A program made the position numbers and the translations under genes. From an uncultured Candidatus Saccharibacteria bacterium (GTDB lineage: Bacteria; Patescibacteriota; Minisyncoccia; UBA6257; Colwellbacteraceae), in NCBI GenBank assembly GCA_964559765.1, contig CAZLHU010000001.1, forward strand, positions 75,600 through 139,599: 64,000 nucleotides of DNA, given 5' to 3'. Shown piece after piece: positions 33,044-44,073 of the stretch (positions within the stretch are counted from its first letter, which is position 1; the number at the start of each line of letters is the position of its first letter). Under the pieces are notes generated by a model that ran no database searches, was not told where the DNA came from, and saw only the letters and a list, made by a program, of their open reading frames with translations.

Positions 33044-33607
33044 TTGAGCAGCGGTCCATACCGCTCTATTTTTATCGAAATGAAAAAGCTAATGTTCTCG
33101 CTCGGCATAATAATCATATTCGCGTTTTACGTGCTTTTTAGCAGCCAAAACTCCACTACATACACACCCCCTCCCCAAAACATATCTTCAAATATTGGCG
33201 GGTCCGGTAACAAAACATCTACAACCTCTAGTTCCACCAATTCCGCCAGTAGTTCTATATCTTCCGGCGCCGCAAATCCGCCACCCATAGTCACACAGAC
33301 ACCACCAGCCACGGTGGCATCCGCATATAAGGACGGCACATATGATGGCAGCGTAGACAGCGCGTTCTACGGCAATGTTCAGGTGGCGGCAGTGATACAG
33401 GGGGGTAAGATTACCGATGTACAATTCCTGCAATACCCCAGCGACAACGAACACTCCCATGAAGTGAGCAATTTTGCCTTGCCGACACTTAAACAGGAGG
33501 TTATCCAATCACAAAGCGCAAACGTCGACGCTGTTTCCGGAGCAACAGCAACTAGCCAAGCCTTCCAACAATCGCTTGCTTCAGCCCTTGCGCAAGCAAA
33601 GAACTAG
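33044..33607 (+). CDS. Exported FMN-binding domain protein with ApbE flavinylation motif
   Basis: N-terminal TM/signal anchor (probable start MKKLMFSL), an S/T/P-rich linker, then an FMN_bind-like domain with the flavinylation target DAVSGATATS (Dxx[ST]GAT). Confidence 0.65.
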   Translation: MSSGPYRSIFIEMKKLMFSLGIIIIFAFYVLFSSQNSTTYTPPPQNISSNIGGSGNKTSTTSSSTNSASSSISSGAANPPPIVTQTPPATVASAYKDGTYDGSVDSAFYGNVQVAAVIQGGKITDVQFLQYPSDNEHSHEVSNFALPTLKQEVIQSQSANVDAVSGATATSQAFQQSLASALAQAKN

Positions 33608-33613
33608 CGACCC

Positions 33614-34360
33614 ATGAGACAAACCAGGATACTGATGGGTATGCCCATATCCGTAGAGATAGCCGATCCGCAAGTTACAAATGCGGTTTTTGACAGCGTA
33701 TTCGATTACTTCAAATACGTCGACGATAAATTCAGCACATATAAAGAGTCCAGTGAGATAACGGCGATAAACGAGGGCAGGCTGGACAGCAAAGATTGGA
33801 GCAATGACATGAAACTCATCTTCGATCTGAGCGAGAAGACAAAAAGAGAGACCGACGGATATTTTGACATAAATACCCCAGCGGGGAAATGCGATCCATC
33901 CGGCATCGTTAAGGGTTGGTCCATATTCAACGCGGCGAAGATCCTCGAAGGAAGGGGTATTGAGAATTTTTATATCGATGCCGGCGGAGACATACAGCCG
34001 CACGGTAAAAATTCCTCTGGAGGAAAATGGAGCATTGGAATAAAAAACCCGTTCAACGATAAGGAGATAGTTAAGGTCGCATACGTAAACAGCGAAGGCG
34101 TAGCAACGTCCGGAACTTATATCCGTGGGTTGCATATCTATAACCCAAAGAACCACGAACCCGCGGACGAGATCGTCAGCCTGACCGTGATCGGCCCCAA
34201 CGTATATGAAGCCGACCGGTTCGCCACTCCGGCTTTCGCTATGGGCAAGGAAGGAATTAATTTCATAGAGAAGCTGCCCGGGTTCGAGGGATACGCCATA
34301 GACAAGACTGGTACGGCGACCATGACGAGCGGCTTCAATAAATACACCGTCAATGCCTGA
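33614..34360 (+). CDS. apbE: FAD:protein FMN transferase (ApbE family)
   Basis: 248-aa ApbE fold (SEITAINEG...DGYFDI...SGIVKGWSIFNAAKIL...IDAGGDI...ATSGTYIRG). Confidence 0.8.
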   Translation: MRQTRILMGMPISVEIADPQVTNAVFDSVFDYFKYVDDKFSTYKESSEITAINEGRLDSKDWSNDMKLIFDLSEKTKRETDGYFDINTPAGKCDPSGIVKGWSIFNAAKILEGRGIENFYIDAGGDIQPHGKNSSGGKWSIGIKNPFNDKEIVKVAYVNSEGVATSGTYIRGLHIYNPKNHEPADEIVSLTVIGPNVYEADRFATPAFAMGKEGINFIEKLPGFEGYAIDKTGTATMTSGFNKYTVNA

Positions 34361-35873
34361 TTTCATAGACAGATTTTTAAATAAGATAACTATGTACCGC
34401 CTGGTACTCTATTATCTGATTGCGCTGCTGATAGTAGCGATAATATTCGGCCAATTCGGGATTCTTCCCTATAATCCCATTGCCATAATTTTCTCCGTAG
34501 TTGTTTTGTTCGTCGTTTGCCTGGTGACGAACGAATTGTGTGCAATCGTCTTTGAAGCCCAGCCGAACACCGAGTCCGTATACATAACCGCGCTTATTCT
34601 GGCTCTGATCATAACACCTGTCATGCCGACGAAAATCGTGGCGATACCATTCCTCATCTGGGCAGCTATATTGGCGATGGCCTCTAAATATATTCTGGCC
34701 ATAAAGAACAAGCATATTTTCAATCCGGCCGCCTTGGCTGTGGCTATAACTGCATTGACCCTGGGCAAATCCGCCAGCTGGTGGATAGGAGGCAACTTGC
34801 CAATGATGGCTTTCGTCATTCTGGGCGGGCTATTGATCGTAAAGAAGGTGCATAGGTTTTATATGGTCGGCGCCTTTTTCATAGCGACCGTAGTCACGGT
34901 GATGTTGACCTATTCGGGCAACGCGCTTAACAGCATCCCACAGCTATTACTGCACACCCCAATATTCTTCTTCGCCTTTATAATGCTCACGGAACCGTTG
35001 ACCGCTCCGCCGACAATGTGGCTGAGAGTTGCATACGGCGCATTCGTGGGAGTGTTGTTCGCTCCGGCAATACATCTCGGCACAATATACTCAACGCCGG
35101 AGTTGGCGCTGGTGGTCGGCAATATCTTCTCCTATCTAGTGAGTCCCAAAGACAAACTAACGCTGGAGCTTAAAGAAAGGAAGCAGATCGGCCCGGGGAT
35201 ATATGAGTTTGTCTTCAATCCCGGAAGGAAAATGGAATTCGAGCCCGGGCAATACATGGAGTGGACCCTGGCCCACAACCATCCCGACGGGCGCGGCAAT
35301 CGTCGCTACTTCACCCTGGCATCTTCCCCGACGGAGAACGACCTGCGTATAGGTGTGAAATTCTACGATCAACCAAGCAGCTTCAAGAAGGAGCTCTTAT
35401 CTATGGATTTAGGAGATAAAATAATAGCCGGACAGCGAGCGGGAGACTTTACCATGCCGAGAGACAAAAATAAGGGCCTCGTTTTCATCGCCGGCGGGAT
35501 AGGTATCACGCCTTTTAGAAGCATGATCAAGTATCTGACCGACAAAGGAGAACGACGCCCAGTCACTCTTTTTTACTCCAATAGGACCGCCTCCGAGATA
35601 GCCTACTCGGACGTGTTCCGGGAAGCTGAGATGAAAATCGGCCTAAAGACCGTCTACACTCTCACCGACAAGGAAAATATTCCTAAAGGATGGACTGGGT
35701 CGACCGGCCAGATCGGGCCAGAGACGATTCTAAATAACGTGCCGGACTATCAAAACAAGACCTTCTATATTTCCGGGTCATATTCTATGGTCGCGGATAT
35801 TAAAAAAGTATTGCATGGATTAGGCGTCGCCGATCGGCGGATCAGGACGGACTTCTTCCCCGGACTCGCCTAA
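34353..35873 (+). CDS. Membrane flavoprotein oxidoreductase: N-terminal ~250-aa polytopic membrane domain fused to a ferredoxin-NADP+-reductase-like FAD/NAD(P)-binding module
   Basis: The C-terminal half has an RRYFTLASSP FAD-binding (RxYS) motif and a GGIGITPF NAD(P)-binding motif. The N-terminal half has about 8 TM helices. The gene overlaps apbE by 8 nt. Confidence 0.7.
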   Translation: MPDFIDRFLNKITMYRLVLYYLIALLIVAIIFGQFGILPYNPIAIIFSVVVLFVVCLVTNELCAIVFEAQPNTESVYITALILALIITPVMPTKIVAIPFLIWAAILAMASKYILAIKNKHIFNPAALAVAITALTLGKSASWWIGGNLPMMAFVILGGLLIVKKVHRFYMVGAFFIATVVTVMLTYSGNALNSIPQLLLHTPIFFFAFIMLTEPLTAPPTMWLRVAYGAFVGVLFAPAIHLGTIYSTPELALVVGNIFSYLVSPKDKLTLELKERKQIGPGIYEFVFNPGRKMEFEPGQYMEWTLAHNHPDGRGNRRYFTLASSPTENDLRIGVKFYDQPSSFKKELLSMDLGDKIIAGQRAGDFTMPRDKNKGLVFIAGGIGITPFRSMIKYLTDKGERRPVTLFYSNRTASEIAYSDVFREAEMKIGLKTVYTLTDKENIPKGWTGSTGQIGPETILNNVPDYQNKTFYISGSYSMVADIKKVLHGLGVADRRIRTDFFPGLA

Positions 35874-36910
35874 GCGTTTACCTTCCTCACTATACAGAAT
35901 GGCGTCATCTCGTCGGACTGGCCGAGCGGATTATCGCGGAACAACTTTCCTATAAATGACTCCGATATCGAACGCGTGGATTTGCCCAATGAGAAAGCGC
36001 CGCGATAATTTGCGTCGAGTATCACCGTTTCGCATCCCAGAAGGTTTTTTATTCGGCGGGCGGCCGCGCTTGGATCGTTTGGAGCAAGCTTCGCGGAGTG
36101 CGCATATTCCAATATAAGGAAGGACATCGGACAATCGATTGATTTGGCGCGCTGGCCGCAGATCCGATAAAACATGCCGCGTATGCCAAGCGGCCTCGTA
36201 ATCGCTGACACGGCTGCGGCCAATATTATCCGCGGATATCCAGCCTCCTCGATGAATAGCTGCATAGCAAGGCTCGTGCCGTGCCCAAAGCCATGGAATT
36301 TACTGGAACCATAGTAATTGCTGACGTTGCGGGCAAGCAACCGCGCGAATGGCGTTGGTTTTATGTCGCTCATGTCTATTACCCTGCCCTGGGTAATAGT
36401 CAGCGCCTTTTCGCTTATAAAAAGAGTGTCGCCGGGCTTTATATATGGGCCGACGTAATCTTTAACCAGCGGCAATATGTCTTTGTCTTGCAATGTTATG
36501 AGACGGGTTCGAACCGGCAGACGTTGATATGTAACGCCATCAACGTCGATAGTAAGGCTTTTCCCTGGGTTCGCAACAAATTCTCCGGATGGACGGCGCG
36601 GCGAGGTTGTAGCAGCGGTGCCGGCGAAAGAAACCTTCTCGCCCCGAAAGGCTGCTAGCAATCCCTCGGCTGCCTTGCGAATCATTGCACGATCTTGGTG
36701 AATTTCCGCGCGAGAATCGAGAAGTTCGGTCGCTTCCATATAAAGTATATGGGCTTCGTCGATCGCCGCCGCGGAGAATTTCGCCTCCGTGACGAGATCG
36801 TTGTTCTCCGATACGACTCGCACTGCGACCGATCCGTCGTCATGCGGAAGATAGACGACGACCAGGCCGGTCTGGTCCTTCATCTGCGTATACGTTTGTG
36901 GTTTTTCCAT
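35870..36910 (-). CDS. F420-0:gamma-glutamyl ligase (CofE)-like family protein
   Basis: 346 aa. Its core resembles the CofE/F420-ligase fold (ISEKALTITQGRVI...GxGxG-rich segment). Assignment is from weak motif similarity only. Confidence 0.4.
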   Translation of the reverse strand: MEKPQTYTQMKDQTGLVVVYLPHDDGSVAVRVVSENNDLVTEAKFSAAAIDEAHILYMEATELLDSRAEIHQDRAMIRKAAEGLLAAFRGEKVSFAGTAATTSPRRPSGEFVANPGKSLTIDVDGVTYQRLPVRTRLITLQDKDILPLVKDYVGPYIKPGDTLFISEKALTITQGRVIDMSDIKPTPFARLLARNVSNYYGSSKFHGFGHGTSLAMQLFIEEAGYPRIILAAAVSAITRPLGIRGMFYRICGQRAKSIDCPMSFLILEYAHSAKLAPNDPSAAARRIKNLLGCETVILDANYRGAFSLGKSTRSISESFIGKLFRDNPLGQSDEMTPFCIVRKVNA

Positions 36911-36986
36911 AATCTTTATATTTCGGAGGTGCTCTTTCGCTGATGCCGTAACTGCGATGCCTTAATTATAAGAAACCGCAGATTGA

Positions 36987-37409
36987 TTGCCAATTATAAT
37001 TAATAACGCTTACAATATAAGTATGCTTATTCGAACGTGCATGGCGAAAATCCATAGGGCTACGGTCACCCAAGCCGACCTGAATTACGTCGGTTCCATC
37101 ACTATTGATGAAGAATTATTGGACAAGGCCGGCATACGCCCCTTCCAATACGTCAATATAACAAATGTATCAAACGGTGTTTTTTGGCAGACCTACGTCG
37201 TTGCCGGCAAGAGAGGCGACGGCGGAGTATGCCTGAATGGCCCTCCAGCCCGGCATTTCCAGCCTGGAGACAAGATAATCATATTGGCCGAGGCGTGGAT
37301 AGAACCGTCTGAATTGAAAGACTTGGATCCAGTGGTCATCTTTGTAGACGACAAAAACAAGATTACCAGTGTTAAAAAGCATAAAACCATCGATTACCCA
37401 AAGGAATAA
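36987..37409 (+). CDS. panD: Aspartate 1-decarboxylase
   Basis: MLIRTCMAKIHRATVTQADLNYVGSITID matches the PanD N-terminal signature, including the self-processing Gly-Ser. The probable start is the internal MLIRT (~37023). Confidence 0.8.
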   Translation: MPIIINNAYNISMLIRTCMAKIHRATVTQADLNYVGSITIDEELLDKAGIRPFQYVNITNVSNGVFWQTYVVAGKRGDGGVCLNGPPARHFQPGDKIIILAEAWIEPSELKDLDPVVIFVDDKNKITSVKKHKTIDYPKE

Positions 37410-37489
37410 TCGATAGGCCTGCTTTTATTGTCTGAATTTGGTATATTAAGCTTGGATTAGTCCGTAGACGGACTAGTTCGTTTTTAAGC

Positions 37490-38263
37490 ATGTTAAGTAT
37501 TTCACTCCGCGCCGAACAGATATTTCGGATCGGGTCTTTCCCGGTCACCAATTCAGTGTTGCTGGCTTTCATAGCGGTCGTATTATTGGCCGCAATCGCG
37601 ATTACCCTTAATAGGAGGATGGCCATGGTGCCAACGGGCATGCAGAACATAGCCGAAATGGTCATAGAGGGTGCACTTGGCCTGATGGATAGCGTTCTTG
37701 GCACCCGTCAAAAATCAGAGAAATATCTGCCGTTGGTCCTGACTATCTTCTTCTTTGTATTGTTCTCCAACTGGCTAGGCCTTCTGCCGGGCGTTGGGTC
37801 TATTTTAATTATCAATAACGGGGCTTCTGTGCCTTTATTGAGATCGCCGGCCAGCGATCTTAATTTTACCCTTGCACTGGCGTTGATTGCGGTCACTTTG
37901 ATAAACGCGCTGAGCATCGCCGCAGTTGGCTTAAAATCTCGCCTTTCGGTATTTTTTAACTTTAAAAGTCCCGTTGATTTCTTTATAGGCATACTTGAGC
38001 TTATCTCTGAATTTGCTAAGATAATATCGTTCTCATTTCGTCTCTTCGGCAATGTGTTCGCAGGTGAGGTACTGCTGGCCATTATGGCATTCCTGGTGCC
38101 TTATCTCGTACCACTCCCCTTTATGTTTCTGGAGATTTTTGTCGGGTTTATACAGGCCTTCATATTCGGCATGTTAACGCTGGTATTTATAGCCATCGGA
38201 ACCAGCCACGGAGAAGATCATCAGCTCACTGAAAACCAAAAGGTCGCAAATCAAATCAATTAA
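37490..38263 (+). CDS. atpB: F0F1 ATP synthase subunit a
   Basis: 257 aa with 5-6 TM helices and a conserved Arg-containing helix (SFSFRLFGNVFAGEV). Confidence 0.85.
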   Translation: MLSISLRAEQIFRIGSFPVTNSVLLAFIAVVLLAAIAITLNRRMAMVPTGMQNIAEMVIEGALGLMDSVLGTRQKSEKYLPLVLTIFFFVLFSNWLGLLPGVGSILIINNGASVPLLRSPASDLNFTLALALIAVTLINALSIAAVGLKSRLSVFFNFKSPVDFFIGILELISEFAKIISFSFRLFGNVFAGEVLLAIMAFLVPYLVPLPFMFLEIFVGFIQAFIFGMLTLVFIAIGTSHGEDHQLTENQKVANQIN

Positions 38264-38271
38264 TTGAATAA

Positions 38272-38502
38272 ATGGATCCTAATGTTGTAAGAATGCTCGC
38301 CACCTTCGGCGCTATCGCAATCGGCACCATCGCTCCGGCCATAGCTATTGGTTGGATCGGCTCCAAGTCCGTAGACGCAATAGGCCGCAATCCGGAAGCA
38401 GGCTCTAAAATCCAGACCATGGCTATATTGGCCATCGCTTTTGCCGAGGCCATCGCCATCTATTGTCTAGTGGTGGCATTAATCATCAAATTCGTACCGT
38501 AA
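38272..38502 (+). CDS. atpE: F0F1 ATP synthase subunit c
   Basis: 76-aa hairpin proteolipid with a GRNPEA loop and the ion-binding Glu in AFAEAIAIY. Confidence 0.85.
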   Translation: MDPNVVRMLATFGAIAIGTIAPAIAIGWIGSKSVDAIGRNPEAGSKIQTMAILAIAFAEAIAIYCLVVALIIKFVP

Positions 38503-38559
38503 ATATCGATAAGTTCTTTCCGCGCCTGTAACCCCCAAATAATCTAAGATCAACCATAA

Positions 38560-39063
38560 ATGCAACAACTCATCAGTCAATTAGGAATAGATTGGCGTCT
38601 GCTTTTAAGTCAGGCGGTCAATTTCTTATTGCTTCTGATCATACTAAGGATCTTTGTTTACAAACCGCTCCTAAAGTTGATGCATGACAGACAGAGTAGG
38701 ATAGACGAGGGTTTGGTTAAGGCCAAAGAGGCCGATGAGCGGCTGCACGAAGTGGATATAATCGGCAAAGGGAAAATAAAGGATGCGGAACACCAGGCGC
38801 TTAACATCATCAAGATAACCGAAAAGAAGGCCCAAGCCTTGGAAACGGAGTTGTTGACAGAGGTTAAGAGGAAAGAGGCCGAGGCCATGAGAGACTCCGA
38901 GGCTGCATTGAGAGCTAAGGAGGATGATTCAAGACGGGCGATGGAAAAAGAAGCGGCTAATCTGGTCAGGCAGGCGATAATAAAGACGGTTAAATTGTCT
39001 CCTGAACAGATAGATGACACCCTAATCGCTAGGGCGGTGGAAGAGGTCAAACAATCAAAATGA
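38560..39063 (+). CDS. atpF: F0F1 ATP synthase subunit b
   Basis: 167 aa with a single N-terminal TM helix followed by a long charged helix. Confidence 0.75.
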   Translation: MQQLISQLGIDWRLLLSQAVNFLLLLIILRIFVYKPLLKLMHDRQSRIDEGLVKAKEADERLHEVDIIGKGKIKDAEHQALNIIKITEKKAQALETELLTEVKRKEAEAMRDSEAALRAKEDDSRRAMEKEAANLVRQAIIKTVKLSPEQIDDTLIARAVEEVKQSK

Positions 39064-39449
39064 GATACCCCGCCCACATATATGCCAGAGCCCTAGCTGA
39101 AGTCGTGGAGACGACCAAACCAGAGGATACGGATCTGGTCGTCAGAAATTTTCTGGACATGGTCCGGAAAAACGGGGATGAGATCCATTTGGAGAAGATA
39201 CTCGAGGAAACAGCAAGGTTCGCCCGCAAGAACGGAGGAATCCGGAAGATAGTCGTGGAGTCCGCCAGAGAGCTAAGCTCTCGCAACAGAAAAGAAATCG
39301 CAGGGTTCACCAAGCCGGGCGACGTAATGGTTGAGAATATTAATCCTGAGCTTATCGCCGGAATCAGGGTAGTGATCAATGATGAGCTACAGTTGGATGG
39401 AACGCTCAAAGGCAAACTAGATAAGGTTTTCGAAAATATACAAAAATAA
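39060..39449 (+). CDS. atpH: F0F1 ATP synthase subunit delta (short form)
   Basis: 129-aa OSCP/delta-like protein, assigned from its position between atpF and atpA and its helical N-terminus. It is shorter than the typical ~180 aa. Confidence 0.6.
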   Translation: MRYPAHIYARALAEVVETTKPEDTDLVVRNFLDMVRKNGDEIHLEKILEETARFARKNGGIRKIVVESARELSSRNRKEIAGFTKPGDVMVENINPELIAGIRVVINDELQLDGTLKGKLDKVFENIQK

Positions 39450-39456
39450 TCATAAC

Positions 39457-40989
39457 GTGGCTTACGAAATAATCGACAAGTTAAAGAAGGAAATCGAGGG
39501 ATACAAGGATAAGTCCGAATGGGCCGAAATAGGCCGAGTGATTGAGGTCGGCGACGGCATAGTAAAGATCTTGGGACTGAGCAAAGCAGTAAGCCAAGAA
39601 ATCCTGAAGATAGAGACGACGGACGGGGTGCGCACCGCCCTAGCACTAAGCCTGGAGGAAGATTCCGTAGGCGCGCTGGTTTTGGACGACTTTGTGGCAA
39701 TCGAGGTCGGAGACACTGTAAAGCGCACAGGAGAAGTTTTATCTATACAGGTAGGAGAAGAACTTATTGGCCGGGTAATAGACCCCTTAGGCAACCCTCA
39801 GGATGGTTTGGGGGATATTTTTAAAAAAGAAGCAAAGCCCCAAAGGAACTTCCTTGAGGCTCGCGCACCATCCGTTCTAGAGCGCGAATCGGTCAATACC
39901 CCACTGCACACAGGCATCAAGGCGATAGATTCCATGATCCCTATCGGTCGGGGCCAGCGCGAACTTATTATCGGCGACAGACAAACCGGGAAGACCGCTG
40001 TGGCACTCGACGCCGTGTTAAACCAATTTAACGACAAAAGCCACCGCACTCCTATATGCATATATGTGGCCATAGGGCAGAAGGAATCGAAGATAGTTAA
40101 GATAGCCGAGACGCTGAAGAAGTTCGATGCCTTAAAATACAGCATAATCATATCCGCATCAGCATCTTCCCCAGCCGCGCTCTGGTATCTGGCCCCTTAT
40201 GCCGGATGCGCGATAGGAGAATATTTCCGCGACAAAGGCCAGGACGCGCTTATTATCTACGACGATCTCTCCAAGCACGCTTGGGCATACCGTCAGATAT
40301 CACTGCTGTTGAGACGCCCGCCAGGCAGAGAGGCTTATCCTGGCGATATATTCTATCTCCATTCCCGCCTGCTTGAGCGCGCCGCAAAACTATCCAAAGA
40401 GAAAGGCGGAGGGTCGCTAACCGCGTTGCCTATAATAGAGACTCAATTGGGCGACGTAACCGCCTACATCCCGACCAACCTCATCTCCATCACCGACGGA
40501 CAAATCTATCTTGAGTCGGATCTCTTCTACCAAGGTCAACGCCCCGCGCTAAACATCGGCATTTCAGTATCGAGAGTGGGGTCCGCCGCACAGACCAAGG
40601 CCATGAAAAAAGTCGCCGGCAGGCTGAGATTGGCGCTGGCCCAGTTCCGTGAGCTTCAGGCCTTCGTGCAGTTCGCGACTGACGTCGATGAAGCCACTAA
40701 AAAGAAAATTTTGCAGGGGCAGAAAATTAACGAGATCCTTAAACAGGACGACCAATCCCCTATGCCGTTCGAGGAGCAGGTTTGCGTCTTTTACGCCGTA
40801 CTTAATGGATATTTAGAGAACGTGAATGTCGAGGACGTGAAGAAGACTGAGAATGACCTGGCTAATTATTTGAGGAAATTGCATGGCGAGGATATTTTGA
40901 AGCCTATACGTGACACGGGAGAATTCATCCCGAGCACAGAGGAGAAGTTGAAGTCGGCACTGCAGAGCTTTTTAAACGAGGATAAATAA
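39457..40989 (+). CDS. atpA: F0F1 ATP synthase subunit alpha
   Basis: 510 aa with a Walker A motif GDRQTGKT and the alpha-subunit signature. Confidence 0.95.
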   Translation: MAYEIIDKLKKEIEGYKDKSEWAEIGRVIEVGDGIVKILGLSKAVSQEILKIETTDGVRTALALSLEEDSVGALVLDDFVAIEVGDTVKRTGEVLSIQVGEELIGRVIDPLGNPQDGLGDIFKKEAKPQRNFLEARAPSVLERESVNTPLHTGIKAIDSMIPIGRGQRELIIGDRQTGKTAVALDAVLNQFNDKSHRTPICIYVAIGQKESKIVKIAETLKKFDALKYSIIISASASSPAALWYLAPYAGCAIGEYFRDKGQDALIIYDDLSKHAWAYRQISLLLRRPPGREAYPGDIFYLHSRLLERAAKLSKEKGGGSLTALPIIETQLGDVTAYIPTNLISITDGQIYLESDLFYQGQRPALNIGISVSRVGSAAQTKAMKKVAGRLRLALAQFRELQAFVQFATDVDEATKKKILQGQKINEILKQDDQSPMPFEEQVCVFYAVLNGYLENVNVEDVKKTENDLANYLRKLHGEDILKPIRDTGEFIPSTEEKLKSALQSFLNEDK

Positions 40990-40993
40990 CACC

Positions 40994-43307
<2,314 letters not shown>

Positions 43308-43316
43308 ATCTAAAAA

Positions 43317-43568
43317 ATGAAGCTTGGAGTCTATTCGCTTAAAAAGGTCCTGTTCCAGGGGGATATCATCTCCGTAAACTGCATGACCGAATCCGGAGAG
43401 ATAACCATCCTCGATCACCATCGTCCGCTGATCTCCATATTAAGCGAGGGCACGGTCAAGATAATCGGTCGGGACAAAGAGGAGCACTACATACCCATAA
43501 GCTCGGGGTTCATAGAGGTAAATTCGTCGAACGAAGCCAAGTTCCTCGTGGAGGAAATCGCGCAGTAA
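43317..43568 (+). CDS. atpC: F0F1 ATP synthase subunit epsilon, truncated (beta-sandwich domain only)
   Basis: 83 aa covering the N-terminal beta-sandwich (ITILDHHRPLISILSEGTVKI). The C-terminal two-helix inhibitory domain is absent. Confidence 0.75.
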   Translation: MKLGVYSLKKVLFQGDIISVNCMTESGEITILDHHRPLISILSEGTVKIIGRDKEEHYIPISSGFIEVNSSNEAKFLVEEIAQ

Positions 43569-43574
43569 GATAAA

Positions 43575-44048
43575 ATGGGATTGGAAAAGATCGTCTCATT
43601 CGATATAGATCAGGCTCACTACGATTTAAGTGGCGGAGGAGCTGTGATTGTCTGGTGCTTCGACGATCGATTGAATAAAGTGGGCCACTCCATGTTGGAC
43701 GCTCTGGTCAAATACAAAAACTGGGAGCACAAGGACTTAATAACCGAACCTGGAGGGGCTAAAATTTTGGCGTCGGAGGAAGCAAGTAAGGCAGCGGACA
43801 AACAATCCCTACTCAATAGGATCAAGTCCGGGATAGCGCTTCACCACGCCAAAACCATCGTACTCTCAACACACATCGACTGTGGCGCATACGGATACAG
43901 CAAATCATTCCCAGCTGGAACCGAGGATCAAAAATTGGCCTCCGACCTGGTTGATGCCGAAAAAATGTTAAGGAAAGAGATTCCCGATGACATATCGATC
44001 GAGTCCTATATAGTAAAAATGGATGGCGTGTATCGCGTCCATCCATAA
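43575..44048 (+). CDS. Beta-class carbonic anhydrase-like protein (short)
   Basis: 157 aa with a WCFDDRL (CxDxR) motif and an HIDCGAYG (HxxCG) motif at the spacing expected for beta-CA zinc ligands. It lies immediately downstream of atpC. Confidence 0.45.
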   Translation: MGLEKIVSFDIDQAHYDLSGGGAVIVWCFDDRLNKVGHSMLDALVKYKNWEHKDLITEPGGAKILASEEASKAADKQSLLNRIKSGIALHHAKTIVLSTHIDCGAYGYSKSFPAGTEDQKLASDLVDAEKMLRKEIPDDISIESYIVKMDGVYRVHP

Positions 44049-44073
44049 AGCACATCCTTACCCACCCTTACAA

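Noticed and set aside
39047-39794. Minus-strand ORFs (217 aa, 110 aa) across atpF/atpH/atpA
   Set aside because: They are antisense to the collinear ATP synthase operon, Ser/Pro/Arg-rich and compositionally non-coding.
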